A stretch of DNA of 64,000 nucleotides from the human T2T-CHM13v2.0 reference genome, Homo sapiens, in the NCBI RefSeq assembly GCF_009914755.1, contig NC_060927.1, one strand, 5' to 3'. Positions 1 to 17,599 of the stretch are shown here, piece by piece; the first letter of the stretch is position 1; the number at the start of each line of letters is the position of its first letter. A program made the position numbers and the translations under genes. The notes beneath the pieces are model-generated. The model searched no databases. It was not told where the DNA came from and saw only the letters and a list, made by a program, of their open reading frames with translations.

Positions 1-2210
1 TTAGCCGCACTGGCGTCTCCTTTTTGATGTCCTCTGCAATGGATTACAGCTACTTTCTTGGGCAGCAAAACAGCATTCAATAGATTCAGAATTTTTTAAT
101 GATATTTTATAGGGGAACCGTTAGCAGTTAGGAGTCCCTGTTCCTTCCAGATAGCAGCATGAACATGAAGTACCAGAAAGGCATACTTAGAATCAGTGTG
201 TTAATTCTTAAGTCCTTTCCCAATTGCAGGGCTCTACTAAGAGCTATTAATTCTGCATTTTGAGCTGAGGTAGAAGCTGGTAAGGCCCGGGATTCAGTTA
301 CCTCATGTTGACTGACAACAGCATACCCAGCTTTCCTGTTTCCCTGGTGCACAAAGCTACTTCTATCTGTAAACCATTCTGCCTCAGGATTATCTAGAGG
401 CTCATCTTTTAAATCCAGATGGCTGGAGTATACTTGCTCCATAACTTGTATACAAGAATGATCTAGGGTAGGTGGATTCAAATAGGTAGGTGGATTCAAA
501 GTTTGACATACTTTAAGTGTTATATTAGGAGCACCTAGCAACAAAGCCTGATATTTTAATAAATGTCCCCCTGTCATCCACTGGTGTCCTTTAGCTTTTA
601 CACTCCTTGTACTTAGTGTGGGGCTAAAACATCCAGATGTTGTCCTAAAACCAGTTTATTGGCTTTATCTACTAAAAGAGCAGTTGCTACCACTTCCCTG
701 AGGCATCCAGGCCATCCCAAAGGGAGATGGTTTAATTGCCTGGAAAAATATGCCACTGGTCAGGGAATATCTCCTAACTTCTGTACAAGGACACCTAGGG
801 TGGTTCCTTGTTTTTCACCCACATAAAGGAAAAATGGCTTAACAAGATTAGGGATTCCTGGGCTGGAGCTGATCCCAGTTTCTCCTTAAGAGCATTAAAA
901 GCCTGTTTACAGTTATTATCCTGTTCAAAAGGATTTACATCTGCTCCTTTTAGAGCCTCATATAAAGGCTTGGCTGTATGCCCAAATCCAGGCACCCATA
1001 AACGGCAGAATTCTGTCATCCCTAGGAAAGCCCACAGCTGCTTTTTAGTTTGGGGTTCTGGAATGTCCAAGGTAGCTTCCCTTTGTTCTGGCGCTATTGC
1101 CCAGGTGCCAGGGGTTAGGACATATCCTAAGCGTTTAACCTCTTGAGTTGAAATCTGGGCTTTATGCGTCTAAACCTTATATCCATTAGCTCCCAGAAAA
1201 TTTAGCAACATGGTGATATTTTCATTTGAGTTTCTTTTGGTTGGGCTAGAAATCAGCAGATTATCTACATATTGAATAATACTGCCCTTATTTAATTGTA
1301 ACATCTTTAATTCTCTAGCCAGTGCATTTCCAAATGGATGAGGACTGTCCCTAAACCCCTAAGGAAGAACTGTTCAAGTTAATTGAAAAACTAAATGACT
1401 ATCAGAATCAGTCCACTTAATGAATTGTGAATCAGCGTGTACTGGAATGCAAAAAAAAAAAAAAAAAAAAAAAAGGCATTCTTAAGATCTAAGATCGTAA
1501 ACCAATTGGCATCCCCAAGGACCTCGGCTAATGGCAAGTAGGGATTGGGCACTATATTATGTATGGGAATGACAGCCTCATTGACAATTTGAAGATCTTG
1601 AACAAATTTATAGTCTCTATTTGGCTTTGGCTTTTTAACTGGTAAGACTGGCGTATTACAAGGAGACTCACAGGGCCTTAGCAACCCAAATTGCAAAAAC
1701 TTAGCTATTAATGGTTGGACCCCTCTTTGTGCCTCTGGCTTTAAGGGGTATTGTCTCTTCCAGGGATATAGGCTTAAGTTGGATGTAAACTGGGGAAACA
1801 TTTAACATTTTGCCTGTAATCTTAGTGTCCCATACTATAGGATCTACTTGGGAGATTACTTCAATAGGTAAAGTAGATAAGCCCCCTATTGACTTTCCTC
1901 CCTTATCACAGGAAAGGAGGAGGAGTAGTTCCTCACCTGCCTTGTGATTTCCAAAAGATACCACTGTCTGCAGCTGAGTCAACAAATCCCCTCCCAACAA
2001 AGGGGTGGGGCACTCAGGCATGATAAGAAAGGCATGTGAGAAAACCAAAGTCTCTGAAGAACAGCTTAAAGGATAGGTCAAATGGCATCTATGGGCTTGT
2101 CCATCTACCCTGTGACCATACAGTTTTTGGGTGACAGAGGCCCATTATAATGGGCGAAAACAGAGTAAGCAGTCCAGAAGGAAGTTAATATTCTTACCTG
2201 CCACATCAAG
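1..2210 (-). pseudogene. pol: ERV pro-pol remnant (protease, RT, RNase H), frameshifted
   Basis: ORFs 1701-2081, 1391-1801, 795-1070 and 128-577; RT motif reads QYVDNL near 1260-1275; protease FLLD lacks the TG residues near 2170. Confidence 0.85.
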
Positions 2211-2329
2211 GGTTACTGAGGCTTCTCCAGAGATATGGCTAGTTGTCTGATGGAAACTGTGGCAGAAGGCCTTGGGCCCCCATCACTCTTGGGTTTGTCT
2301 GGCTAATTGGCCATTATTGGTTCAGGTGC

Positions 2330-3470
2330 CAATGGCTCCCTCTTCCAATGACCACTTTTCTTACAGGGTGCACACTGATTTATGCACAAGGCACAGTGAC
2401 TCAGACATCCAGCTTTGGCCTTCCCACCTTTCAGCTTCCCTTGTTCAGGCCAAAGGCCAGGAGGGCAACCCCATCAGCTCCAGCCCAGGAATCCCTAATC
2501 TGCAGCTTAAGGCTGCAGCCAAGAGCTGCACCTTGGGGGAGGTCCATCTTGTTCTTTCTGCTTCCTCTGCTTTGTCCCTGTTATTAAAAACTAAAAATTC
2601 CAAATCCAGAAGCTGTTCCATAGGAGTTTGGGGACCCGTAGCTGCTTTTTATAGTTTCCTACAGATATCAGGGGCAGACTGAGTTATAAAATGTACTCCC
2701 AAAAGGGTTTGTCCTTCCCTTGGGGCAGAATCAGTGTTAGTATATTTCCTGATTGCCTCAACTAAATGCTTTTGAAACAAAGCTGGATTCTCATCTTTAC
2801 CCTGAGAAACTTCCTTAACCTTTGCATAGTTAACAGGCTTTTTCATATATTTCTTCATCCCTTCCAACAAACAAGTGACCATATGAGCTTTCCTTCCCAA
2901 GTCTTCACTGGCCCTTTGATACTTCCACTCTGGATCTTGATCTGGAACTGCTCTACATCCTGCCATATATATTATGGTTTGGGTTGTGAGCCAATACCTT
3001 ATCTGCATGAGCCCTAGCTGTCCCCAAAACACATTGTTTCTCTTCCACTATACAACACAGAAACAACAAAACATGAAGATCCTGCCAAGTTAAACTATAG
3101 GCTGAAGTTAATTTCTCAAACTCATCTATGAATTGTCCTGGATCTTCAGAGAAAAGACCAAACTTCTCTTTGCATAGAGCCAAATCAGATATAGAAAAGG
3201 GAACATGTACTCTCACAGTGCCTTCTTCCCCATTTGCCACCTCTTTAAGTGGACAAAGGTTTCCCGTTGGAGGTTGATATGAGGCTCCACTATGAGTGGT
3301 ACTTGCTGGGCTAAGTTCTTCAGGGAGTGGTGGGTACAGAGTGGGACTAGACGGGAAAGAAGGAGGGGATGAAGGGTTCTCAATAGAGCTTTCAGGTGGA
3401 CTAGAGGGAGAAATGACTGACGCATCTGAACCTTCATAGCTGACAGAAGGAGGTTCTGGTCCACCCAAAA
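2330..3470 (-). pseudogene. gag: ERV gag remnant (proline-rich region, CA, zinc knuckle)
   Basis: ORFs 2953-3468 (VHVPFSISDL..FSEDPGQF) and 2649-3032; QCAPCKKSGHWKRE knuckle near 2337-2380. Confidence 0.85.
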
Positions 3471-3826
3471 ATGCCCAATGAACCAGGCGAGGTTTGCATC
3501 AAAGGATCATCTAGTATGTCTAATTCTTTTTCTTCCTTTCTTCTCATCAAACATGATGCACATTATCCAAATAACAAATAAATTTATAACCGAGCCATGA
3601 ATCTTAGATAAACCACAACATGGACTCCAACACAAAAAATGTTGAATAAAGCAAGGAAATGAGGAGGATTTAGATGGGAATAACCAGAACAAGCAGATTC
3701 TGGGCAATAGCAGAGGAGCAAAGCCAGTTTGCCCAAATCCAATAAAGGAAAGAAGTGTTTTGTTTTGTTTTTTTAGTGTGCAAAATGAAACAAAACAGCA
3801 AGGAGAAAAGTCCCCTGATTTTTCTA

Positions 3827-4201
<375 letters not shown>

Positions 4202-4263
4202 TCATAGCTATTAAATACCAAATCTCAATCAGCAATTTTAGAGACAGTGTTTAATGCTTTTTG

Positions 4264-4284
4264 TGCCCTTCTGTGGTCAAGAGA
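4264..4284 (-). promoter_or_regulatory. Degenerate primer-binding site, tRNA-Arg-like
   Basis: Minus strand reads tcttgaccacagaagggca just after the LTR end; resembles TGGCGACCACGAAGGGA. Confidence 0.5.
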
Positions 4285-4288
4285 AATA

Positions 4289-5138
<850 letters not shown>

Positions 5139-5934
5139 GTGCCCTGAGCTAAATTTCTGAATGGAAGTCTTTAAGAGCTACATCCAAGCTGGTTTTTAAA
5201 AAATTGATTCACGTTGGAAGTGAGAGCAAAACACTGAAGTGTTTTGAACAACAGTGGGGGTGTTCTGACCCCACCTTCCCAAGACTGACTGAACGCCCCT
5301 CATTGATCATCCCAAGTGGATAATTGCCAAATCTTACCATTCCTCATGGAATTGTGGACACAACTTAAAGGTGATGCAGTTCGCCCTGAACCATCTACAC
5401 TGTTTGGGGGCACCTGATCTGAATTAATGAAAAAACAAATGGTTGTGATTTTAAAAGAACCCTTATGATTCTCTTCCTTCATGTGCAGAAACTTAAACCA
5501 GTCCTACACAGCTGTTGCTGCTAGGAATTCCTAGGGGACGCGCAGTCTTGCCTAGATAAGGATGATTTGCAATTAGCATTAGCTGTTGTTGGAGTAGAGC
5601 TGCTAGAAGTGTTTGCATGGATAATTCTCTTGAGTATTTTGCATGGTTCCCCATCCTAGCTCCATCTTCTCCTTACCGCGAGTCTGGGTGAGGCGATTAA
5701 TTTATTAGTTCTTTCTAGGATGAAAAGACCGAGTTTAATTTGGAGAATGTGGACTTGTGTGAGCTGCAAGAGGGGTAGAGAGGCAGAGCCGACAAGTTTA
5801 TTGCATTAATAACTATCCGCAGGAGTGGACAACACCTGGCCCCAGCTGAGTGCCTCCTAGCACTGAGGAAAGCGGAACCAAGCTTTGCAACAATGAACTC
5901 TCCTTGCTGGAAGAGACCGCCCACCTCTAACAGG

Positions 5935-6160
5935 TGCTTACCCAGTGTACTTGAAATCCTCCAGCTACAGGGAACCCATCACTCCCAGAGCTGCCTCATC
6001 GGGTGCTGGGTACTCTGATCATGAGAAAGAGTTTCTTTCTGACTGAGGCATATACTGTTCCCCTCTAATACCCCTCCCCAACTCATGGTTCTTCTCTCTC
6101 AAGCCAGGTGAGGGAGCTCATTTCATCTTTTGTATGGCAGCCCTTCACAAATTGAAATCT
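5935..6160 (-). mobile_element. L3/CR1 LINE fragment
   Basis: ctccagctacagggaacccatcactccc...atggcagcccttcacaaattgaa resembles the L3 3' region. Confidence 0.6.
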
Positions 6161-6171
6161 GCTTCTGTTGA

Positions 6172-6340
6172 ATCACAGAATTTTGTAGCTGGAGGAAACT
6201 TCAGACACAAGTCCTGTTACAGAAGAGGAAACTGGCACAGAGAGGAAATGGTGCTTGCATAAGGTCTCTGGGTAAGTTACTGGAGAAATCAGTGTGCAAA
6301 CCCAGACTTCTTGACTTCTGGATCAGGAATTTGTAGTGAA
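6172..6340 (-). mobile_element. MIR SINE fragment
   Basis: MIR core-like ttacagaagaggaaactggcacagagagg...aacccagacttcttgacttc. Confidence 0.7.
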
Positions 6341-6356
6341 TTATGTGAGGGGATAC

Positions 6357-6481
6357 CAGGTCTGGTTGTGCAGGCTGCGCATTGTACAATCACAAGAGCA
6401 AGTCCTTCACTTTTTGGTCTATGTATGGTGCCACCTGGGGTGTGCAGTGCACAGGCTGCTTGGCTATATGTGAAGGACCTG
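6357..6481. mobile_element. MER91-like hAT MITE (imperfect palindrome)
   Basis: caggtc..gttgtgcaggctgcgcattgtacaa and gtgcagtgcacaggctgc..gacctg form imperfect inverted ends. Confidence 0.5.
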
Positions 6482-6664
6482 TTGCCTTGATCTGTACTTT
6501 TTTTTTTAAATTTTTATTTCAATAGCTTTTGAGGTACAAGTGGTTTTTGTTTTTTGGGGGTTTTTTTGTTACATTGGTGAATTATATAGTGGTGAATTCT
6601 GAGATTTCAGTGCACTGGACACTGGGCTAGTGTACATTGTACCTAATGTGTAATTTTTTATTCC

Positions 6665-8045
6665 CAGCCTCTCTCCCTCCCTTCCTCCCTCCCTCCCTGC
6701 CCTTCCTCCCTCCCTCCCTCCCTGCCCTTCCTCCCTCCCTGCCCTTCCTCCCTCCCTCCCTGCCCTTCCTCCCTCCCTCCCTGCCCTTCCTCCCTCCCTC
6801 CCTGCCCTTCCTCCCTCCCTCCCTCCCTGCCCTTCCTCCCTCCCTGCCCTTCCTCCCTCCCTGCCCTTCCTCCCTCCCTCCCTCCCTGCCCTTCCTCCCT
6901 CCCTCCCTCCCTGCCCTTCCTCCCTCCCTCCCTGCCCTTCCTCCCTCCCTCCTTGCCCTTCCTCCCTGCCCTTCCTCCCTTCCTCCCTGCCCTTCCTCCC
7001 TCCCTCCCTCTCTGCCCTTCCTCCCTCCCTCCCTGCCCTCCCTCCCTCCCTGCCCTTCCTCCCTCCCTCCCTGCCCTCCCTCCCTGCCCTTCCTCCATCC
7101 CTCCCTGCCCTTCCTCCCTCCCTCCCTGACCTTCCTCCCTCCCTCCCACCCTGCCCTTCGTCCCTCCCTCCCTCCCTGACTCCCACCCTGCCCTTCCTCC
7201 CTCCCTGCCCTCCCTTCCTCCCACCCTGCCCTTCCTCCCTTCCTCCCACCCTGCCCTTCCTCCCTTCCTCCCACCCTGCCCTTCCTCCCTTCCTCCCACC
7301 CTGCCCTTCCTCCCTTCCTCCCACCCTGCCCTTCCTCCCTTCCTCCCACCCTGCCCTTCCTCCCTTCCTCCCACCCTGCCCTTCCTCCCTTCCTCCCACC
7401 CTGCCCTTCCTCCCTTCCTCCCACCCTGCCCTTCCTCCCTTCCTCCCACCCTGCCCTTCCTCCCTTCCTCCCACCCTGCCTTTCCTCCCTTCCTCCCTTC
7501 CTCCCTCCCTGCCTTCCTCCCTCCCTCCCTGCCTTCCTCCCTCCCTCCCTGCCCTTCCTCCCTCCCTCCCTGCCCTTCCTCCCTCCCTCCCTCCCTGCCC
7601 TTCCTCCCTCCCTCCCACCCTGCCCTTCCTCCCTCCCTCCCTGCCCTGCCCTTCCTCCTTCCCTCCCTGCCCTCCCTCCCTCTCTCCCTCCCTTCCTCCC
7701 TGCCCTTCCTCCCTCCCTCCCTGCCCTCCATCCCTCCCTCCCTCCCACCCTGCCCTCCATGCCTCTCTCCCTCCCACCCTGCCCTCCGTCCCTCTCTCCC
7801 TCCCACCCTGCCCTCCGTCCCTCTCTCCCTCCCCTCCCACTCTGCCCTCCCTCCCTCCCACCCCTCCTTCACTCCCTCCCTCCCACCCCTCCTTCCCTCC
7901 CTCCCTCCCACCCTCCTTCCCTCCCTCCCTCCCACCCCTCCTTCCCTCCCTCCCTCCCACCCCTCCTTCCCTCCCTCCCTCCCACCCCTCCTTCCCTCCC
8001 TCCCACCCCGTCCTCCCTCCCTCCCTCCCTTCCTGCCCGCCCTGC
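6665..8045. repeat. About 1.4 kb polypyrimidine/polypurine compound tandem repeat with a 25-bp VNTR core
   Basis: Nearly pure C/T on the + strand; unit tcccttcctcccaccctgcccttcc in 10 perfect copies at 7211-7460 plus one variant copy. Confidence 0.97.
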
Positions 8046-9169
8046 CGAGTCTCTGAAGTCCATTATATCACTCTGTGTGCCTTTATGTACTCATAGCTTA
8101 TAAGTGAGAACACATGGTTTTTGGTTTTCCAATCTTGAGTTACATCACTTTGCATAATTGCCTCCACCTCCATCCAGGTTGCTGCAAAAGACATTACTTC
8201 ATTCCTTTTTATAGCTAAGTAGTACTCCATGGTGTATAGTTATCACATTTTCTTTATTCACTCATTAGTTGATGGTCACTTAGGTTGGCTTCACATCTTT
8301 GCAATTGTGAATTGTGCTGCTGTAAACATGTATGTGTGCAAGTGTCTTTTTCATATAATGATCTTTTTTCCTTTAAGTTAGATACCCAGTAGTGGGATTG
8401 CAGGATTGAATGATAGAGTTACTTTTTAGTTATTTAAGGAATCTTCATATTGTTTTCCATAGAGATTGTACTAATTTACATTCCCACCAGCAGCGTATAA
8501 GCATTCTCTTTTTACCACACCCATGCCAGCATCTATTGTTTTATAACTTTTTAATAATGGCCATTCTAACAGGAGTAAGGTGGTATCTCATTGTGGTTTT
8601 AATTTGCATTTCCCTGATGATTAGTACTGTTGAGCATTTTTTTCATATGTTTGTTGGCTATTGTATATCTTCTTTTTAGAAATGTGTATTCATGTCCTTT
8701 GCCCACTTTTTGATGAGATTTTTTTCTTGTTTGAGTTCCTTGTAGATTCTGGATACTAGTTCTTTGTCAGATGCCTAGTTTGCAAATATTTTTTCACATT
8801 CTGTGGGTTGTCTTTTTACTCTATTTCTTTTGTTGAGCAGAAGATTTTTAGTTTAATTAGGTCCCTTTTTTGTTTTTGTTGCATTTGCTTTTGGGGTCTT
8901 AGTCATGAATTCTTTCTTTGCCTAGGTCGATGCCTAGAAGAGTTTCTGCAATGCTGTCTTGTAGAATTTTTATCGTTTCAGGTCTTATACTTACATCTTT
9001 CATCCATCTGGAGTTGATTTTTGTATAAGGTAAGAGATAGGGATCCATTTTCATTCTTCTATATGTGGCTATCCAGTTTTCCCAGCCCCATTTATTAAAC
9101 AGGGTGTCCATTTCCCAATTTATGTTTTTATATGCTTTGTCAAAGATCAGTTGGCTGTACATGTTTGGG

Positions 9170-12498
<3,329 letters not shown>

Positions 12499-12542
12499 TA
12501 TTTTTGGGTTCTCTATTCTGTTCCATTGGTCTATGTGCCTAC

Positions 12543-12851
<309 letters not shown>

Positions 12852-14945
12852 TATGTGCCTACATTCATACGAGTACCATGCTGTTTTGGTGACTACAGCC
12901 TTGTTGTATAATTTGAAGTTCAGTAATGTGATGCCTCCAGATTTGTTCTTTTTGCTTAGGATTGCTTTGGGTATTTGGGATTTTTTTTGGTTCCTTAAAT
13001 TTTAGGATTGTTTTTTCTAATTCTGTGAAAAATAATGTTGGTATTTTGCTGAGAATTGTGTTGAATCTGTAGATTGCTTTGGGGAGGTATCATTTTCACA
13101 ATATTGATTCTTCCAATCCATGAACCATGGGATGTGTTTCCATTTGTTTGTGTCATCTATGATGTCTTTCAGCAGTGTTTTGTAGTTTGTAGAGATCTTT
13201 CACTTCCTTTTTAAGTATATTCCTAAATACTATAATTTTTTTTTGCTGCTGTTGTAAAAGGGATTGAGTTCTTGATTTGATTCTCAGCTTGGTCATTGTT
13301 GGTGTATAGCAGTGTTACTAATTTGTGTACATTGATTTTGTAACCCGAGACTTTACTGAATTCCTTCATCAAATCTAAGAGTCTTTTGGAGGAGTCTTTA
13401 GGATTTTCTAGGTATACAGTTATGTCATCTGCAAACACAGATATTTTGACTTTCTCTTTTCCAATTTGGATGCCCTTTATTTCTTTCTCTTGTCTGATTG
13501 TTCTGGCTAGGACTTCCAGAACTATGTTGGATAGGAGTGGTGAAAGTGGGCATTCTTGTCTTGTTCCTGTTCTCAGTGATGCTTTCAACTTTTCCCCATT
13601 CAGTATGATGTTGTCTATGATAGGTCTGTCATATATGGCTTTTATTATTTGGAGGTAAGTCTCTTCTATGCTTAGTTTGTTGAGAGTTTTTTTAATCATA
13701 AAGGGATGCTGGATTTTGTTGAATGCTTTTTCTGCATCTCTTGAGATGATCATATGGCTTTTGTTTTTAATTATGTTTATGTGATATCACATTTATTGAC
13801 ATGTATATGTTGAACCATCCCTGCATCCCTGGGATGAAACTCACTTGACTATGATGTATTATCTTTTTGATGTGCTGTTGGATTTAGTTAGCTGGTATTT
13901 TGTTAAGGATTATTGCATCTATGTTCATCAGGGACATTGGTCTGTAGTTTTCTTTTTTTGTCATGTCCTTTCCTGGTTTTGCTGTCAAAGTGATACTGGC
14001 TTCTTAGAATGGTTTAGGGCGGATTCCTTCTTTCTCAATTTTTTGGAATAGTTTCAGTAGGATTGGTACCAGTCCTTCTTTGAGTGTCTGGTAGAATTCA
14101 GCTTTGAATCCATCAGGTCCTGGTCTTTATTTGTTGGCAATTTTTAAATTACTATTTCAGTTTCACTTTTTGTTATTGGTCTGTTCAGAGTTTCTGTTTC
14201 TTCCTGATTTAATCTAGGAGGGTTTTATGTTTCCAGGAATTTCCTCTAGGTTTTCTAGTTTGTGTGCATAAAGGTGTTCATAGCAGTCTCGAATGATCTT
14301 TTGTATTTCTGTGGTATATCAGTTGAGTATCTCAAGTTTCATTTCTAATTGAGCTTATTTGTATTTTCTTGGTTAATTTAGTTAATGGTCTATCAATTTT
14401 GTCTATCTTTTCAGAGAACCAGCCTTTTGTTTCATTGATATTTTGTATTTTGTGTTTAAATTTGTTCAAACTAAATTCAACCGAAACCAGCCTTGTGTTT
14501 CATTGATATTTTGTTTTTGTTTGAATTTCATTTCATTATTCTCTAATCTTTATTTCTTTGCCATTGCTAGCTTTAGGGTTAGTGTGTTCTTGTTTCTCTA
14601 GTTCCTTAAGATGTGACATTAGATTGTCAATTTGTGCTCTTTTGGACTTTTTGATGTAAGAATTTAGCACTATAAACTTTCCTCTTAGCACTGCTTTTAC
14701 TGTTTCTGAGAGGTTTTGATAACATGTCATTATCATTCAATTCAAAGGATTTTAAAATTTTCATCTTGATTTCAGTGTTAACCCAGAAATCATTCAGGAG
14801 CAGATTATTTAATTTCCATGTATTTGTATAGTTTTGAGGGCTCTTTTTTGGAATTGATTTCTAGATTTATTCCACTGTGGTCTAAGGAGATACTTGACAT
14901 TACTTTGATCTTAAAAAATTTATTGAGACATGTTTGATAGTCTAT

Positions 14946-15482
14946 TGTTAGAAATTAATTTTCGGTGCCACAAAAGAAATAGCACTTGAACATGAATTTT
15001 CTCAGCCAGGCAATTTTACTTCTATAGAAGTGTGTGTCTCTCAGATGGAGCAATGGCGAGAGCACACCTGAACAAGGGAGGGGAAGGGGTTCTTATCCCT
15101 GACACAGGTAGCCCCTACTGTATCATTCCCCCATTGGCTAGAGTTGGACCGCATTGTTTAAGCTAATTCCAACTGGCTATTTTAAAGAGAGCAGGGGTAT
15201 AAACCAGAGTGGTGGGGTGAGCAGTTTCAGCAGGAAGGACAGTTATGGAACAGGTGACTAAAAGTGACTCAGGTCAGAGCAGGTGACCAGGGGTGACTCA
15301 GGATGGAGCAGGTGACCAGGGGAACAGATGTGAACTACTGATAGAACTGGTGGAAAAGGTTGTTTACTGAAACTAGGAGCAAGGAGATGAGGAGAACAAG
15401 GAAGTTCAACTTTAAAATGGAGAACAAAGAACTGAACATACTGATTCTTTGAAGAGAAAGTTAGAACTCACTGTATTTAACA
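14946..15482 (-). mobile_element. 3' LTR (LTR10A-like)
   Basis: TG..CA termini; preceded on the minus strand by PPT aagaggggggaaat (15483-15496); TGACTCA at 15265 and 15294. Confidence 0.88.
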
Positions 15483-15501
15483 ATTTCCCCCCTCTTGAAT
15501 T

Positions 15502-17560
15502 TTACAGTTCTTTCTCTTCAAACTTCCTTAACATGTCTTGGCTTAGTTGTTCTGCTTGATTCTCTAAATGAAGAAGCTTCTCTGAATAAGGTAGAGGAGA
15601 GTTAAGGGAGGTTTTAGTAAGTGCTGTCTCTATGAGTCTTTGCACCAGCCCACGGGTGCATGGTATGACACAACACCTGACAAGAATGAGTACACCTACT
15701 ATGGCTGCGAGAGAAGTTAAGAATTGCGGCTGTGATTCCTTTCCATTTACCAAACCATTTTCCTAGCCATCCTGTGAAGGGGTCATTTACTCCTGAGCTT
15801 TTGGCTAACTCATTGGACAGAGCAGTTGGACCTTGCAATGCCTTTGTTATACTTCCATCAGGGGCGGTATTGTTTGGGATGAAGGTACAACATTGAGTTT
15901 TAATCATGATGCAAACTCCTCCTCTTTCTGCTAATATCATGTCTAAGGCTGTTCTATTTTCCCAAGCCATCTGGCTAGTAGCCCCTAATTGCTCAGCTAT
16001 TCCTTTAGCAGTACCTCTAGTGTAGTTAATAAACTGCTGTTGGTTATAATAAATGTAATTTATCCAATCTACTTTTTTATTTTCACCCACCAAAATACTG
16101 ACTCAAATCCTGTAGCTGTTTGATCTCGAGCTTTAACTTTATCTGGTTAAAGCTCATGGGACTCCAATTGCATCTAAATAAATGTGAGAGTCGAAAGACC
16201 CATAAGGGGCTTCCCTTGTTTTACGATGTTGTATTTTCCCTCTCTCTAGTTGATGAAATGCCAGGGTGAAAGGAACAGCCAATTGGACTAGAGCACAAGT
16301 GTCACTCCAGTTACCAGGCAGAGTGTCCAGTAAAGGTTGACCACTACCACCATACATCTGCTCGGGGATGAAAAAGGGCTGATTGATCAGTAAGCTCTTG
16401 AAAATTCTTAAGCTCACTGCATCCCTTCAGGTCTCCAAAACACTAAGTTTCCTCCTTGTCGTGAGAGACATGAAGCGAACTTAGTGTCGGAAGACAGAGA
16501 CTGGATGGCCCTCGGGCTGACCTGCAGGGTGTTGAACTTCGGGATATAGCAGAGAGAGAGCTTGGCACGACTTGTTACCCCAGGCTGTGGAATCCTGGAA
16601 AAGAGCTACCATACGGCCCATGCCTGGTCGACTGGAGGACCATCCTAGCGGAAATGGGACAACCTGGGCCTCTGGCCTGCTGTGCGCACAAGCATAATGT
16701 TTGCTTTTGTTTAAAGTGCGGACGGAATATTTGATCCATTCCAACCAGGCATTCGTATCTTGTTATCCTGTCTCAATTGCCAAAGTTTGTTTTACATCTT
16801 TAACTTCTACAATAGCTACCTTGGTCTTGTCATTAGATGGGGGAGGAACAACCGTTGCGTTGTGAGAGGTTTTGGAAGAAGGCTTAGGGGAAGGTGTAGG
16901 TGGTGGCGGATCAATGAAACGTGTTTCAAAGGATCCGATAGAGTCTGTTCCTGAAACCTCAGCCCCCATAAAACCGGCTTCAAGAAGGGAACTGGCTTAG
17001 AGAAGGGGAAGAACTTTGAGGGTTTGGGATAATAACCTGTATTGGATTGCACTGGTTTAGCTGACAGTTAGGGGAAGCTGTTCCTTTAGTAAAATGACTT
17101 TATGATTTTAGGAAATTACAACTACTGGTTGGGGCAGTCCATCCTTGCTCTTTAGTGGTCCACAGAACGTTGGACCAACTATGGCATAAAAGCTCTGGAT
17201 TGGGGATGGGGGGAAAGACTCCCAGTTGACACTGGGGTCTTCATTGAAATCTTCCTAGACTAAATGATCCCAATTCACCATGTCCAGTCTGAGGGGCACC
17301 TGGAAGGACAGAGGTACTTTTCTGAAGTGGAGAGCTATCTTTGACTTGGCCAGTCTCCACAGAGTATAACAAGGCAAGCATCAAATGTAATAGTTTGAGG
17401 CAAAATTGACTTGGTTACATTAATAGCTAGGTGGTCAGTAATAGAGTGAGGAAATAAGGAGTAATGGAATAGATGAAAGAGAGTTAAATTTTTCTTAGCT
17501 TTAGTTTGGTAGGGGTTTCCCCTGGGACTATGGCCCATGACTCCAGGGTGGGGCAGCATT
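15502..17560 (-). pseudogene. env: HERV-I env remnant, frameshifted
   Basis: Furin-like RKTR site (ORF 16154-16417), immunosuppressive domain WENRTALDMILAERGGVC with CX6CC (15614-16093), membrane anchor (15502-15753). Confidence 0.88.
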
Positions 17561-17599
17561 TTCTTGACTCAGATGTGATGGGTCCATCCCCTCTCTGCT

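Noticed and set aside
7211-7485. Regular 25-bp repeats as a CRISPR-like array
   Set aside because: Head-to-tail copies without unique spacers, in a primate context with no cas genes
6569-8103. Long Gly/Arg/Glu-rich and Pro/Ser/Leu-rich ORFs (up to 463 aa)
   Set aside because: Open in several frames only because the C/T repeat cannot encode stop codons; it lies inside an L1 3' UTR
15502-17560. Possible co-opted syncytin-like env
   Set aside because: Broken into at least six short frames
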